Below are positions 30,233 through 38,063 of a DNA stretch of 38,063 nt, piece by piece. Origin of the DNA: Methanobacteriaceae archaeon. GTDB taxonomy: Archaea > Methanobacteriota > Methanobacteria > Methanobacteriales > Methanobacteriaceae. The DNA is taken from the NCBI GenBank assembly GCA_003558085.1, contig PWMT01000175.1, positions 1 through 38,063 of the forward strand, written 5' to 3'. A program made the position numbers and the translations under genes. The notes beneath the pieces are model-generated. The model did no database searches. It was not told the DNA's origin and saw only the letters and a list, made by a program, of their open reading frames with translations. Positions within the stretch are counted from its first letter, which is position 1. Every line of letters starts with the position of its first letter.

Positions 30233-31453
30233 ATGTATAAAATTGGAGAAGCTTTAATTGGAAGCGGTAATGAAATTGCTCATGTTGATTTAATTATTGG
30301 TAATAAAGAAGGACCAGCCGGTATCGCATTTGGTAATGGTCTTTCTCAACTTTCCCTGGGACACACTCCCATATTATCGGTTATACGGCCTAATTTAATG
30401 ACCAAACCCGCCACCCTGATTGTACCTAAGGTTACGGTAGGAGATTTAATCGATGCTGAGAAAATTTTCGGACCGGCACAAGCTGCAGTAGGAAGAGCGG
30501 TGGCTGATGCTGTAGAGGAAGGTTTAATCCAGAAAGACCATGCCGAGGATCTGGTAATGGTGGTGAGTGTCTTCATCCATCCGGAAGCAAAGGATTACCG
30601 TAAAATTTACCAGTACAACTATGGTGCCACCCGATTAGCTATAAGAAGAGCTTTAGGCGAATATCCCCCCATAGATAAGGTTTTAAATGAGAAAGACCGG
30701 GGAGCCCACCCTATTATGGGCTTTAGTGTGGTAAGATTATGGAATCCGCCTTACCTGCAGGTAGCCTTGGATTTGGATAACCTGGAGGAGATGGAACGCA
30801 TCATCAATAGTTTACCTAACCGCGAAAGGATACTCTTAGAAGCCGGTACTCCCTTGGTGAAGAAATTCGGAGTGGGTATTGTCAGTAAGATCCGAGAAAT
30901 GCGCCAAGATGCCTTTATCATAGCTGATTTAAAGACTTTGGATGTGGGCCGAATCGAAGTCAAGATGGCTGCTGATGAGACTGCAGATGCAGTGGCCATA
31001 TCTGGTCTGGGTACCACTGAATCCATTGAAAAGGCCGTTCATGAAGCTCAAAAACAGGGCATATACTCTATCCTAGATATGATGAATGTGGAGGACTTTG
31101 TGCAGAAACTGAAGGGTCTAGATTATAAACCAGACATAGTGCTCCTACATCGTAACGTGGACCTGGAAACCTTAAAAGCTGAGCGTGGTGAAGCCCAGGC
31201 TGAAATGACTGAATGGGGTAACATCCAGGAGATCAAGAAAATCATGAGCGACAAAGGTCTGGTGGCGGTAGCCGGAGGTATCACACCCTCTAAAGTAGAA
31301 GAGGCCCTGGATAGTTCCGCAGATATCATCGTGGTGGGTCGCTACATCATCGGATCCCGTGATGTGCGTCGAGCAGCCGAGGACTTTTTAGACCACATGC
31401 CCCAAGACCCGGATACCATGCGTTTAGCCCTGGACGAGGATGAATCACTCTAG
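30233..31453 (+). CDS. fae-hps: Bifunctional formaldehyde-activating enzyme / 3-hexulose-6-phosphate synthase
   Basis: [31 protein letters not shown] (Fae); [30 protein letters not shown] (Hps). Confidence 0.96.
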   Translation: MYKIGEALIGSGNEIAHVDLIIGNKEGPAGIAFGNGLSQLSLGHTPILSVIRPNLMTKPATLIVPKVTVGDLIDAEKIFGPAQAAVGRAVADAVEEGLIQKDHAEDLVMVVSVFIHPEAKDYRKIYQYNYGATRLAIRRALGEYPPIDKVLNEKDRGAHPIMGFSVVRLWNPPYLQVALDLDNLEEMERIINSLPNRERILLEAGTPLVKKFGVGIVSKIREMRQDAFIIADLKTLDVGRIEVKMAADETADAVAISGLGTTESIEKAVHEAQKQGIYSILDMMNVEDFVQKLKGLDYKPDIVLLHRNVDLETLKAERGEAQAEMTEWGNIQEIKKIMSDKGLVAVAGGITPSKVEEALDSSADIIVVGRYIIGSRDVRRAAEDFLDHMPQDPDTMRLALDEDESL

Positions 31454-31482
31454 TGATTCTTTAATTTTTTTTCTTTTTTTTT
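31442..31482 (+). terminator. Hairpin spanning the fae-hps stop, followed by long T-tracts
   Basis: GAATCACT-CT-AGTGATTC, then TTTAATTTTTTTTCTTTTTTTTT. Confidence 0.65.
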
Positions 31483-31604
31483 GATAATTTTTTTAAGTTC
31501 ATTCTAATTTTTTCCCTCAAAAGAAAATAGTGTTAGCACTCTATTTTTATTTAACTGGAGTTTTGAAAATGAAATGAGAAACTAAAGCATCGCTGTTCCA
31601 ATTC

Positions 31605-32006
31605 ATGGATGAGAAGATAATCAAACGCCTTAAAGGTTGCCGGGGGATAGCAATAATTTTTCTGGTGATAGTAACCTTAGAAGTAATTTTAGGCTATTTT
31701 AATGTGTTCCTGGCTATAGGGGGTATAGTGGCTGGGGTGGTGATCGGTATCCTTTCCAATCGCATCTTCCATCTCCAGTGGGATGATCAATCACAGCAGG
31801 TTATAAGCAATATAGACCGGGTGGGTGTGGTGGTCCTGGTAGTTTATTTTATAGTGATTGTTTATCGGCACTTTCTCCTGGGAGATTATTTTGAGGGAAC
31901 GCCTTTACTGCTTTTAACTCTCTCTATTATTGCTGGGACTATGATTGGCCGTTTATTGACCACTATAGTATTTGTGAAGAGAATTTTAAGAAGTTTGGGT
32001 TTGTAA
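31605..32006 (+). CDS. Hypothetical membrane protein (about 4 TM)
   Basis: 133-aa hydrophobic ORF with W..D..VIS.IDRVG and AG.MIGR segments. Confidence 0.72.
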   Translation: MDEKIIKRLKGCRGIAIIFLVIVTLEVILGYFNVFLAIGGIVAGVVIGILSNRIFHLQWDDQSQQVISNIDRVGVVVLVVYFIVIVYRHFLLGDYFEGTPLLLLTLSIIAGTMIGRLLTTIVFVKRILRSLGL

Positions 32007-32532
32007 AGTTATCTTATTCGTTTAGTACCAATTAATAGATAGTTTTTAGGATTATATCTTTTTTTTATATATTATCTAAATAATTTATAAAGGAGTCTAA
32101 GTTTATAGGAATAATATATTCCTGATAAATGGATTAATTAGCATTTCATCGGATTTTTTCCAGGTATTTTCTTATTTTTTGGCCACATCACACTCAGGGG
32201 CAATCGATGGGGGCCAATAGCATCCCGATGATGTCTGGTTCGCAGAAACTCAGAATAGTGAAGATTAATGCTACTAGGGAAATTTCCAGATCCCGGGTAA
32301 AAATCATCCCTTTTCAACAGCCAAGTGAATAAATTGTTGGTACCTGGAAGATAAGGTGTCTTTTTCTAAAAAAGGAGATTAGATGCACATGGTCTGGTGG
32401 TAATATTTAGTTAGATAAAAAAATGGTTCAAGAGAAAAATCCTTAGATAGAAAAATTAAAGTGTAGCCTAAATACAAAATATTAGAAAGGGATTAATATT
32501 TAATTTAAGCTGAAAATGATTAAAATGGGGAG

Positions 32533-33135
32533 ATGTTTGTGATAGTGGGAATATGCGGTAGTCCCCGGAAAAAGGCCACTGATTATGTTTTAACTGAAGC
32601 ATTGAACATGCTAGAAGAGAAGGGTTTTGAAACCGAATTTTTCGCAGTTCGAGGTAAAAATATAGGTCCTTGCCGCCACTGCGACTACTGCCTGCGGAAT
32701 AAAGAATGTGTACTTAAAGATGATATGGTTCCTCTTTTTAAACTTCTCAAAGAATCAGAGGGTATAGTAATGGCCAGCCCCATGTACAATGGGGGAATAA
32801 GTGCTCAACTTAAAGCGATTATGGACCGATGCCGGGCTTTAGGAGCCGAAGATTATGATGCACTGCGAGGCAAAATAGGTATGGGTATTTCAATTGGAGG
32901 GGATCGAAATGGAGGTCAAGAACTTGCCATGCAACAAATCCATACCTATTATATTCTCTCCGGAGTAATACCTGTAAGTGGCGGTTCTTTTGGAGCTAAT
33001 TTAGGGGCATGTTTCTGGTCTCAAGATACTTTAGAGGGAGTAAAAGAAGATGAAGAAGGATTTAGAAGCCTTCGAAAAACAGTTAACATGTTTTCACGTT
33101 ATTTAAAAAAATACAGCCCCAATAGTATTCTTTAA
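32533..33135 (+). CDS. Iron-sulfur flavoprotein (multimeric flavodoxin, Isf-like)
   Basis: GSPRK, CRHCDYCLRNKEC (Cx2Cx2Cx5C), ASPMY, LKAIMDR, GGDRNGGQE. Confidence 0.9.
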   Translation: MFVIVGICGSPRKKATDYVLTEALNMLEEKGFETEFFAVRGKNIGPCRHCDYCLRNKECVLKDDMVPLFKLLKESEGIVMASPMYNGGISAQLKAIMDRCRALGAEDYDALRGKIGMGISIGGDRNGGQELAMQQIHTYYILSGVIPVSGGSFGANLGACFWSQDTLEGVKEDEEGFRSLRKTVNMFSRYLKKYSPNSIL

Positions 33136-33266
33136 TTAGAAGCTATTTTATAATGGATTTTGCACACAAGTATATAAGCATTATTTTAAATAATATCTAA
33201 TTCAATTTATCCTTTTATTTTAAAGAAAATTTACTTATTTTAGTTAACATATTCGCCGGTGATTAA

Positions 33267-34838
33267 ATGGCTGAAACTAATGATTCAATGAGTGGTACAT
33301 CAAAACTAGTGAAAGGAAGTTTCCTTATTTTGATTAGTAGCCTCATTTTCAGATTAGGAGGTTACATCTATAGAGTACTTATGAGCCGTTTATTGGGTCC
33401 TGCAGGCTACGGTCTTCTAGGACTGACTTTGCCTTTTCAAGGAATATTCCAAATATTATCTGCTGGAGGATTGCCTCCTGCTATTGCCAAATATGTAGCC
33501 CAGCATAAAGCCCTGGGCGAAGATCAAATGGCCAGACAAGTAGTATATACCTCTTTGAAATTCATGATGTTTCTTGGAATATTCTTCTCCATGGTGATGT
33601 TTTTCATTGCACCATGGCTAGCAAATGATGTATTTAATACCCCCCAGGCGGTCTATCCACTCCAGGCAGTGGCACTTATTACTCCTTTCAGTGTAATCGT
33701 AGGTGCTTTCCGGGGGGCTTTTCAGGGCTTATATAAAATGGAATATATAGTAATAACCCGGGCAGTTGAACAAGTTTTTATGATCGTATTTGCGGTGGTT
33801 TTAGTTATGGCAGGCTTTTTCGCTGCCGGAGCAGTGATTGGAACAGCAATTGGATTTGCAGCTTCATCCTTATCGGCCTTAATTATATTTAGAAAATTTT
33901 TGTGGAGATATTTGCCTGAAATAGATTCAGAGCATCGTTTTAATTTTAGACAAGAAGTGGGTTTGATGAAAACTCTGTTTGCCTTTTCCATACCTGTAAT
34001 TATAACCGCTCTTTCAGAAATGGCCATTTATGATATTGGAATTTTTGTAATGGGAATTTATATGGCTATTCAAGATATTGGTTATTATACTGCTGCTGAT
34101 CCCTTGGCCCGTCTTCCTTTAGTAATATCTCTTTCTTTGGCTACTGCAGTACTTCCTGCTGCTTCAGAAGCTTATGCTTTGAAAGATAGATCACTGTTGA
34201 ATTCCTATGTGGTGCAGTCCTATCGTCTGGTTATTTTATTGGTTTTGCCGATGTGTGTAGGTATAGCCATATTCTCCGAACCTCTTTTGGAACTGCTATT
34301 TGGAAGTCAGTTTATTTTCGGAGCTGACGCTTTAAGCATACTAGTTATTGGTATGAGTTTCTATACTCTTTTTATAGTCTCCTCCAGTATTACCCAGGGA
34401 ATAGGATATCCCCGTATTCCTATGTACATTTTGGTGGGGGGTACTATAATAAATCTAATCTTAAACCTCATTTTGGTGCCTTTATATGGTATTGAGGGAG
34501 CAGCCTTAGGCACTACTATCGCTGCCTTTATTATTATGGTAACTATTCTATATCAGACTTTCAAAATCACTAGGGTTAAACTACCCTACCTAGCCTTTGG
34601 AAAAATAATTTTAGCATCATTGGCTATGGCTTTAATTATATTTTTCTTACCACAAACTATTCTAGGGCTTATAATTGCTCTAATCATATCACCAGTCATC
34701 TACATAATAGCTCTTTTGCTTTTGCGAGGATTTGAAAAAAAGGATGTGCGTTTAATGGGTAAAATCGCTCGTAGAGCAGGACCGTTAACTAAGGCACTCG
34801 AAAAAATTATTTCCGTTATCGATAAATTCGCATCATAG
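33267..34838 (+). CDS. MOP-superfamily polysaccharide/oligosaccharide flippase
   Basis: SRLLGPAGYG, GLPPAIAKYVA, GYYTAA, VLPAAS, LNLILVPLYGIEGAA; many TM segments. Confidence 0.9.
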   Translation: MAETNDSMSGTSKLVKGSFLILISSLIFRLGGYIYRVLMSRLLGPAGYGLLGLTLPFQGIFQILSAGGLPPAIAKYVAQHKALGEDQMARQVVYTSLKFMMFLGIFFSMVMFFIAPWLANDVFNTPQAVYPLQAVALITPFSVIVGAFRGAFQGLYKMEYIVITRAVEQVFMIVFAVVLVMAGFFAAGAVIGTAIGFAASSLSALIIFRKFLWRYLPEIDSEHRFNFRQEVGLMKTLFAFSIPVIITALSEMAIYDIGIFVMGIYMAIQDIGYYTAADPLARLPLVISLSLATAVLPAASEAYALKDRSLLNSYVVQSYRLVILLVLPMCVGIAIFSEPLLELLFGSQFIFGADALSILVIGMSFYTLFIVSSSITQGIGYPRIPMYILVGGTIINLILNLILVPLYGIEGAALGTTIAAFIIMVTILYQTFKITRVKLPYLAFGKIILASLAMALIIFFLPQTILGLIIALIISPVIYIIALLLLRGFEKKDVRLMGKIARRAGPLTKALEKIISVIDKFAS

Positions 34839-34897
34839 ATATTTACTGTAGATATTTAAGAATGCTGGTACATAGAATAATTTCAGGGAGGCTTTAA

Positions 34898-35593
34898 ATG
34901 GCAAAAATTCGGGATCAGCCTGAATATAAGTTAAAAATAGGTAAAAATTATTTATTAATAGATGAGAAAAAATTCCAACTCTTAGATAAAATTGATTCTT
35001 GCGGTTCTATTAGTAAAGCTTCCCAAAAAACTGAAGTACCCTATCGAACTGCTTTGAAATACATTGAATTGATGGAAAAGATATTAGATTCTCCAGTGGT
35101 ACTGAGTGAAAGGGGAGGTAAAGGGGGCGGTGGGAGCAGTAGGTTAACCGAGACTGGTAAATTAATTGTTAAAGAGTATTTGAAATTTAATAAAATTCTG
35201 CAAAAACATGAACAAATTAATGAAATTGAAGGTAGTATTAAAACTGTTGATAGTAAAAATCAATTAATGAGTATCCTGGTGAATGATCATGACATTATTA
35301 TCCCCTTTTCTGAAGATTTTCAAAGGGGAGATAAAGTTTTAATTTTAGTTAATCCTGAAGAAATTTTTTTAATGAAAAAAAAGCAGAAATCTAGTGTGCG
35401 CAATGTTATTAAAGGAAAAATACGGGGTATGGAGCTTAAAAATAATATAGTAAGACTTAAAATAGATTTAGGCGAAAACATTCCTATTTCAGTAGACATA
35501 ACCCGTTATTCTTGGCATGAACTTAATCTAGACCTGGAAAAAGAAGTATTCGTTGGTTTCAAAGCTACATCATTGCGAGTTATCAAAATATAA
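34898..35593 (+). CDS. ModE-like regulator (winged HTH plus TOBE domains)
   Basis: GSISKAS..VPYRTA, RGGKGGGGSSRLT; TOBE motifs SSVRNVIKGKI and FKATS. Confidence 0.88.
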   Translation: MAKIRDQPEYKLKIGKNYLLIDEKKFQLLDKIDSCGSISKASQKTEVPYRTALKYIELMEKILDSPVVLSERGGKGGGGSSRLTETGKLIVKEYLKFNKILQKHEQINEIEGSIKTVDSKNQLMSILVNDHDIIIPFSEDFQRGDKVLILVNPEEIFLMKKKQKSSVRNVIKGKIRGMELKNNIVRLKIDLGENIPISVDITRYSWHELNLDLEKEVFVGFKATSLRVIKI

Positions 35594-35597
35594 TTTA

Positions 35598-35639
35598 TTA
35601 TAAGTAATAACTTATAAGTTATAAGTTATAAGTTATAAT
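35598..35639. repeat. 7-bp tandem repeat (TTATAAG)n, 6 units, 2 of them degenerate
   Basis: TTATAAG TAATAAC TTATAAG TTATAAG TTATAAG TTATAAT; contains the palindrome TAACTTATAAGTTA (35608-35621). Confidence 0.88.
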
Positions 35640-35654
35640 CTATTGGGGTATTAG

Positions 35655-35888
35655 ATGCAAATAAAAGTAAACCAGGAAAAATGCACTGGATGTGGAATAT
35701 GTGCAGAAGAATGTCCTAAAGGTGGTCAAATTTGGAGTATTGATAGAAAAACAAATAAAGCAAAAGCATCTAACCTGGAATTTTGTCATTTATGTACTAT
35801 ATGTGCTGCTAAATGTCCTACAGAAGCAATTCAAGTTATAAGGGATGATAAAAATGCGAAAGAAAAAATTGAAACGAAAAACTTCTGA
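35655..35888 (+). CDS. 2[4Fe-4S] ferredoxin
   Basis: CTGCGICAEECP and CHLCTICAAKCP. Confidence 0.92.
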   Translation: MQIKVNQEKCTGCGICAEECPKGGQIWSIDRKTNKAKASNLEFCHLCTICAAKCPTEAIQVIRDDKNAKEKIETKNF

Positions 35889-36429
35889 AACAGATATCCA
35901 AATATCCCTCAACTTAGATGGGGAAGGAAAAAACGAGATAGACACCGGGGTGGAATTTTTCGATCACATGTTAGAGTCCTTTGCCCGGCACGGATTTTTT
36001 GATTTAACTGTGCAGGCTAAAGGAGATGTCGAAGTGGATGACCATCACACCGTAGAAGATGTGGGATTAGTCCTGGGTGATGTTTTCAAAGAAGCGGTAG
36101 GAAATAAAAAGGGTATAAAACGTATTGCTCATGCCATAGTACCTATGGATGAAGCATTATCTACCATAGCAGTGGATGTTAGTGGTCGAAGTTACTGTAT
36201 ACTACATATGGAATTTAATAATCCCCAGGTTGGTGATTTATCCACCGAAAATGTATCCCATTTTATTAAATCATTTGCTCAAAATGCTGGTGTAAATATT
36301 AATGCACGTTTAGAAGGGGAAAATGATCATCATAAAATTGAAGCCCTCTTTAAATCACTGGCACGTGCTTTAAAGGATGCTGTATCGGTGGAACATGATA
36401 TCATACCCAGCACTAAGGGAATTTTATAG
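35854..36429 (+). CDS. hisB: Imidazoleglycerol-phosphate dehydratase
   Basis: RKTSETDI, FFDHML, DDHHTVED, PMDEAL, NDHHKIEALFK, PSTKGIL; start is ATG 35854 or 35845, overlapping the ferredoxin 3' end. Confidence 0.97.
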   Translation: MRKKKLKRKTSETDIQISLNLDGEGKNEIDTGVEFFDHMLESFARHGFFDLTVQAKGDVEVDDHHTVEDVGLVLGDVFKEAVGNKKGIKRIAHAIVPMDEALSTIAVDVSGRSYCILHMEFNNPQVGDLSTENVSHFIKSFAQNAGVNINARLEGENDHHKIEALFKSLARALKDAVSVEHDIIPSTKGIL

Positions 36430-36695
36430 TGCTCAGTTAACATTTGCAACAATGAAGTGGATTCTAGTAGTTAATGCATGTTTACTAGAGAAGATAAGGA
36501 ATCCTTTAAAAGTTGGGAAACTTTAAGATAAAGTTGATCTTAAAAAAAATAAAATTTTTGATTTCCAGCAAAACGCATCTAATTTCCGGCTATAATTGCT
36601 TATAGAATTAACTAATATGATTTAGTAAACATTATAAAAATTAGCTTAAATCATGAAATTATGTTCAGATAATACCAATGTTGGATAACATCAGG

Positions 36696-37226
36696 TTATT
36701 CCTCATCTAAATTTTCCTCCACCTCAGAAAGCCAAACTTGCCAGTCTTCATAATTTAAATTTGGGCAAGACATATCGGCATTAGGATGCATAAATCGACA
36801 CAGAGTCATGGTTTTAAGATGGGGAGCAAAATTTTTCAGGGTAGCTAATCCTTGGGATCCAATATAATACGGAACCCCAATAAAACAGACCAGATCGTAA
36901 TTTCCTTTACCATCCAAACCCTTCCATTGTGGATTTTTTAGATGATTTATAATTTCTATTACCCCCATGGTATCATCAGGCTTGAAATTAGATTTAGAAA
37001 GAGCTAAACTTGATCCTCCAGTTGCAACTACAGGTATATCTTTATTTTTAGCTATTTGTACTGATTTCTCAGTAATTTCTTGAGGAATTTCATTTAATAA
37101 AGAACCCATGATAAATAAAGGTCTTTTAGATTTTTTAATGCTCAAGGCAGCCATTTTAGAAGGCCAAACTTTAGCTTGATTAGTACTAGAAAGTGCAGGA
37201 TTCCATGCTGTCATAGTATCTACCAT
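36696..37226 (-). CDS. cdhB: CO dehydrogenase/acetyl-CoA synthase epsilon subunit
   Basis: IKKSKRPLFIMG, VVATG, LKNPQWKGLDGKGNYDLV.FIG.PYY, LKNFAPHLKT, HPNADMS.PNL. Confidence 0.9.
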   Translation of the reverse strand: MVDTMTAWNPALSSTNQAKVWPSKMAALSIKKSKRPLFIMGSLLNEIPQEITEKSVQIAKNKDIPVVATGGSSLALSKSNFKPDDTMGVIEIINHLKNPQWKGLDGKGNYDLVCFIGVPYYIGSQGLATLKNFAPHLKTMTLCRFMHPNADMSCPNLNYEDWQVWLSEVEENLDEE

Positions 37227-37233
37227 AGATTTA

Positions 37234-37254
37234 AATATAAAGTATGTTTATATT
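37234..37254. promoter_or_regulatory. Back-to-back TATA-like boxes forming an inverted repeat between cdhB and cdhA
   Basis: AATATAAA-GTATG-TTTATATT reads TTTATATT outward on both strands; the plus-strand box is suitably spaced from the GGTGA RBS at 37283. Confidence 0.5.
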
Positions 37255-37286
37255 ATAATGATTAATAATGATAGTATTTAAAGGTG

Positions 37287-38063
37287 ATGTTTTTGGTTAA
37301 AGAAAACCATGGTGAAATTAGCACATTTTCAGCCAAAGGTTTGAATGTGGATTTCAAGGATATTGATTATTATATTGAGCAAAAAAAGAAGGACAGTGAT
37401 CGATACAAAAAAACCATAAGTTTAGATTACCCTAAGCTTAGAGAATGGGATTTTAAGTTACTTTCTTATTTCAAGCCCTTCTATGCTCCCCTTTGTGATA
37501 TGTGCTGTATGTGCACCTTGGGAAAATGTGAACTTTCCGAGAATAGAAAAGGGGCTTGTGGTATCAATCTGGAAAAACAACAGTCCCGCATTGCACTAAC
37601 CACTTCTTGTATAGGTGCTTCCACTCATGCTGCCCATGCCAGAGATCTGGTGGATCGACTTATAAAAAAAGATCCCCAATTGGAACTAAAATATGATAGT
37701 TCTATTGACATAACATCACCACTTACTACTACAGCCACCGGCATAATCCCTAAAACAGCTTATGATCTGGATAAAATCCTAGCCTGTATAGAAAAGGAAC
37801 TTACTAATCTATTGTCCTCCACTCATACCGGTCAGGAGGGGAATTGTATAGAGTTTGAATCAAAAGCTCTTCACGCCGGTATGATAGATACCTTAAGCCT
37901 GGAAATAGCTGAAATAGCTCAGATAAATTTGTTTGATTTAAATAAGGGTGAAGCAGAAACACCCCTCTTAGAAATTGGTATGGGTGTAGTGGATCAAGAA
38001 AAACCAGTAATTTTATCCATAGGGCATGGTATAGCCCCAGGTAGTGAAATAATTGATTATGCG
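37287..38063 (+). CDS. cdhA: CO dehydrogenase/acetyl-CoA synthase alpha subunit, 5' part (runs off the window; absent from the ORF track)
   Basis: Manual translation gives 259 open codons: LREWDFKLL..FKPFYAPLCDMCCMCTLGKC....RKGACGI, HAAHARD, THTGQEG...FESKALHAGMID, KPVILSIGH; start is ATG 37287 or TTG 37293 after GGTGA. Confidence 0.92.
   Translation, partial: MFLVKENHGEISTFSAKGLNVDFKDIDYYIEQKKKDSDRYKKTISLDYPKLREWDFKLLSYFKPFYAPLCDMCCMCTLGKCELSENRKGACGINLEKQQSRIALTTSCIGASTHAAHARDLVDRLIKKDPQLELKYDSSIDITSPLTTTATGIIPKTAYDLDKILACIEKELTNLLSSTHTGQEGNCIEFESKALHAGMIDTLSLEIAEIAQINLFDLNKGEAETPLLEIGMGVVDQEKPVILSIGHGIAPGSEIIDYA

Noticed and set aside
32107-32123. AGGAATA-ATA-TATTCCT as an NrpR operator
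   Set aside because: Spacing is GGAA-N7-TTCC rather than N6, and it is not near a nitrogen-gene promoter.
1458-34027. Short antisense or off-frame ORFs in the track (e.g. 3465-3794, 14661-14846, 23926-24429, 30751-31026, 33722-34027)
   Set aside because: All lie within or largely overlap well-supported genes and show no family motifs; shadow ORFs.
36430-36695. Several weak hairpins between convergent hisB and cdhB as a structured ncRNA
   Set aside because: AT-rich imperfect stems with no recognisable RNA family; more simply a terminator region.
1-38063. CRISPR array, tRNA/rRNA genes, IS elements, prophage or defence genes
   Set aside because: No repeat-spacer periodicity, tRNA-like GC-rich cloverleaf, transposase, integrase or nuclease ORF was recognised by eye.

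Overview
AT-rich, mostly housekeeping chromosomal region of a methanogenic archaeon, most likely order Methanobacteriales (Methanobacterium-like). Markers are sepS, tfrA, fae-hps, albA, trpB2 with TRP boxes, CTP-dependent ribK and archaeal leuS. The gene order resembles the Methanothermobacter leuS-to-hisB interval as I recall it; this was not checked. About 36 CDS; no rRNA, tRNA, CRISPR array or transposase was recognised. Most notable: (1) a cytoplasmic SoxB-type dimetal hydrolase (HWEF instead of NHEF) apparently co-transcribed with a single-Cys DsrE protein, a candidate thiosulfate or persulfide-processing module; (2) a CODH epsilon (cdhB) and alpha (cdhA) pair arranged head-to-head across a 60-bp symmetric spacer, with cdhA running off the window, missed by the ORF track and carrying substitutions in conserved motifs; (3) a CobQ/CobB-like amidotransferase with reversed domain order next to gatA; (4) two broken genes; (5) a GC-rich tract over most of fae-hps; (6) several candidate operators and short repeats. 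Product calls come from motif recognition only; no database searches were run.
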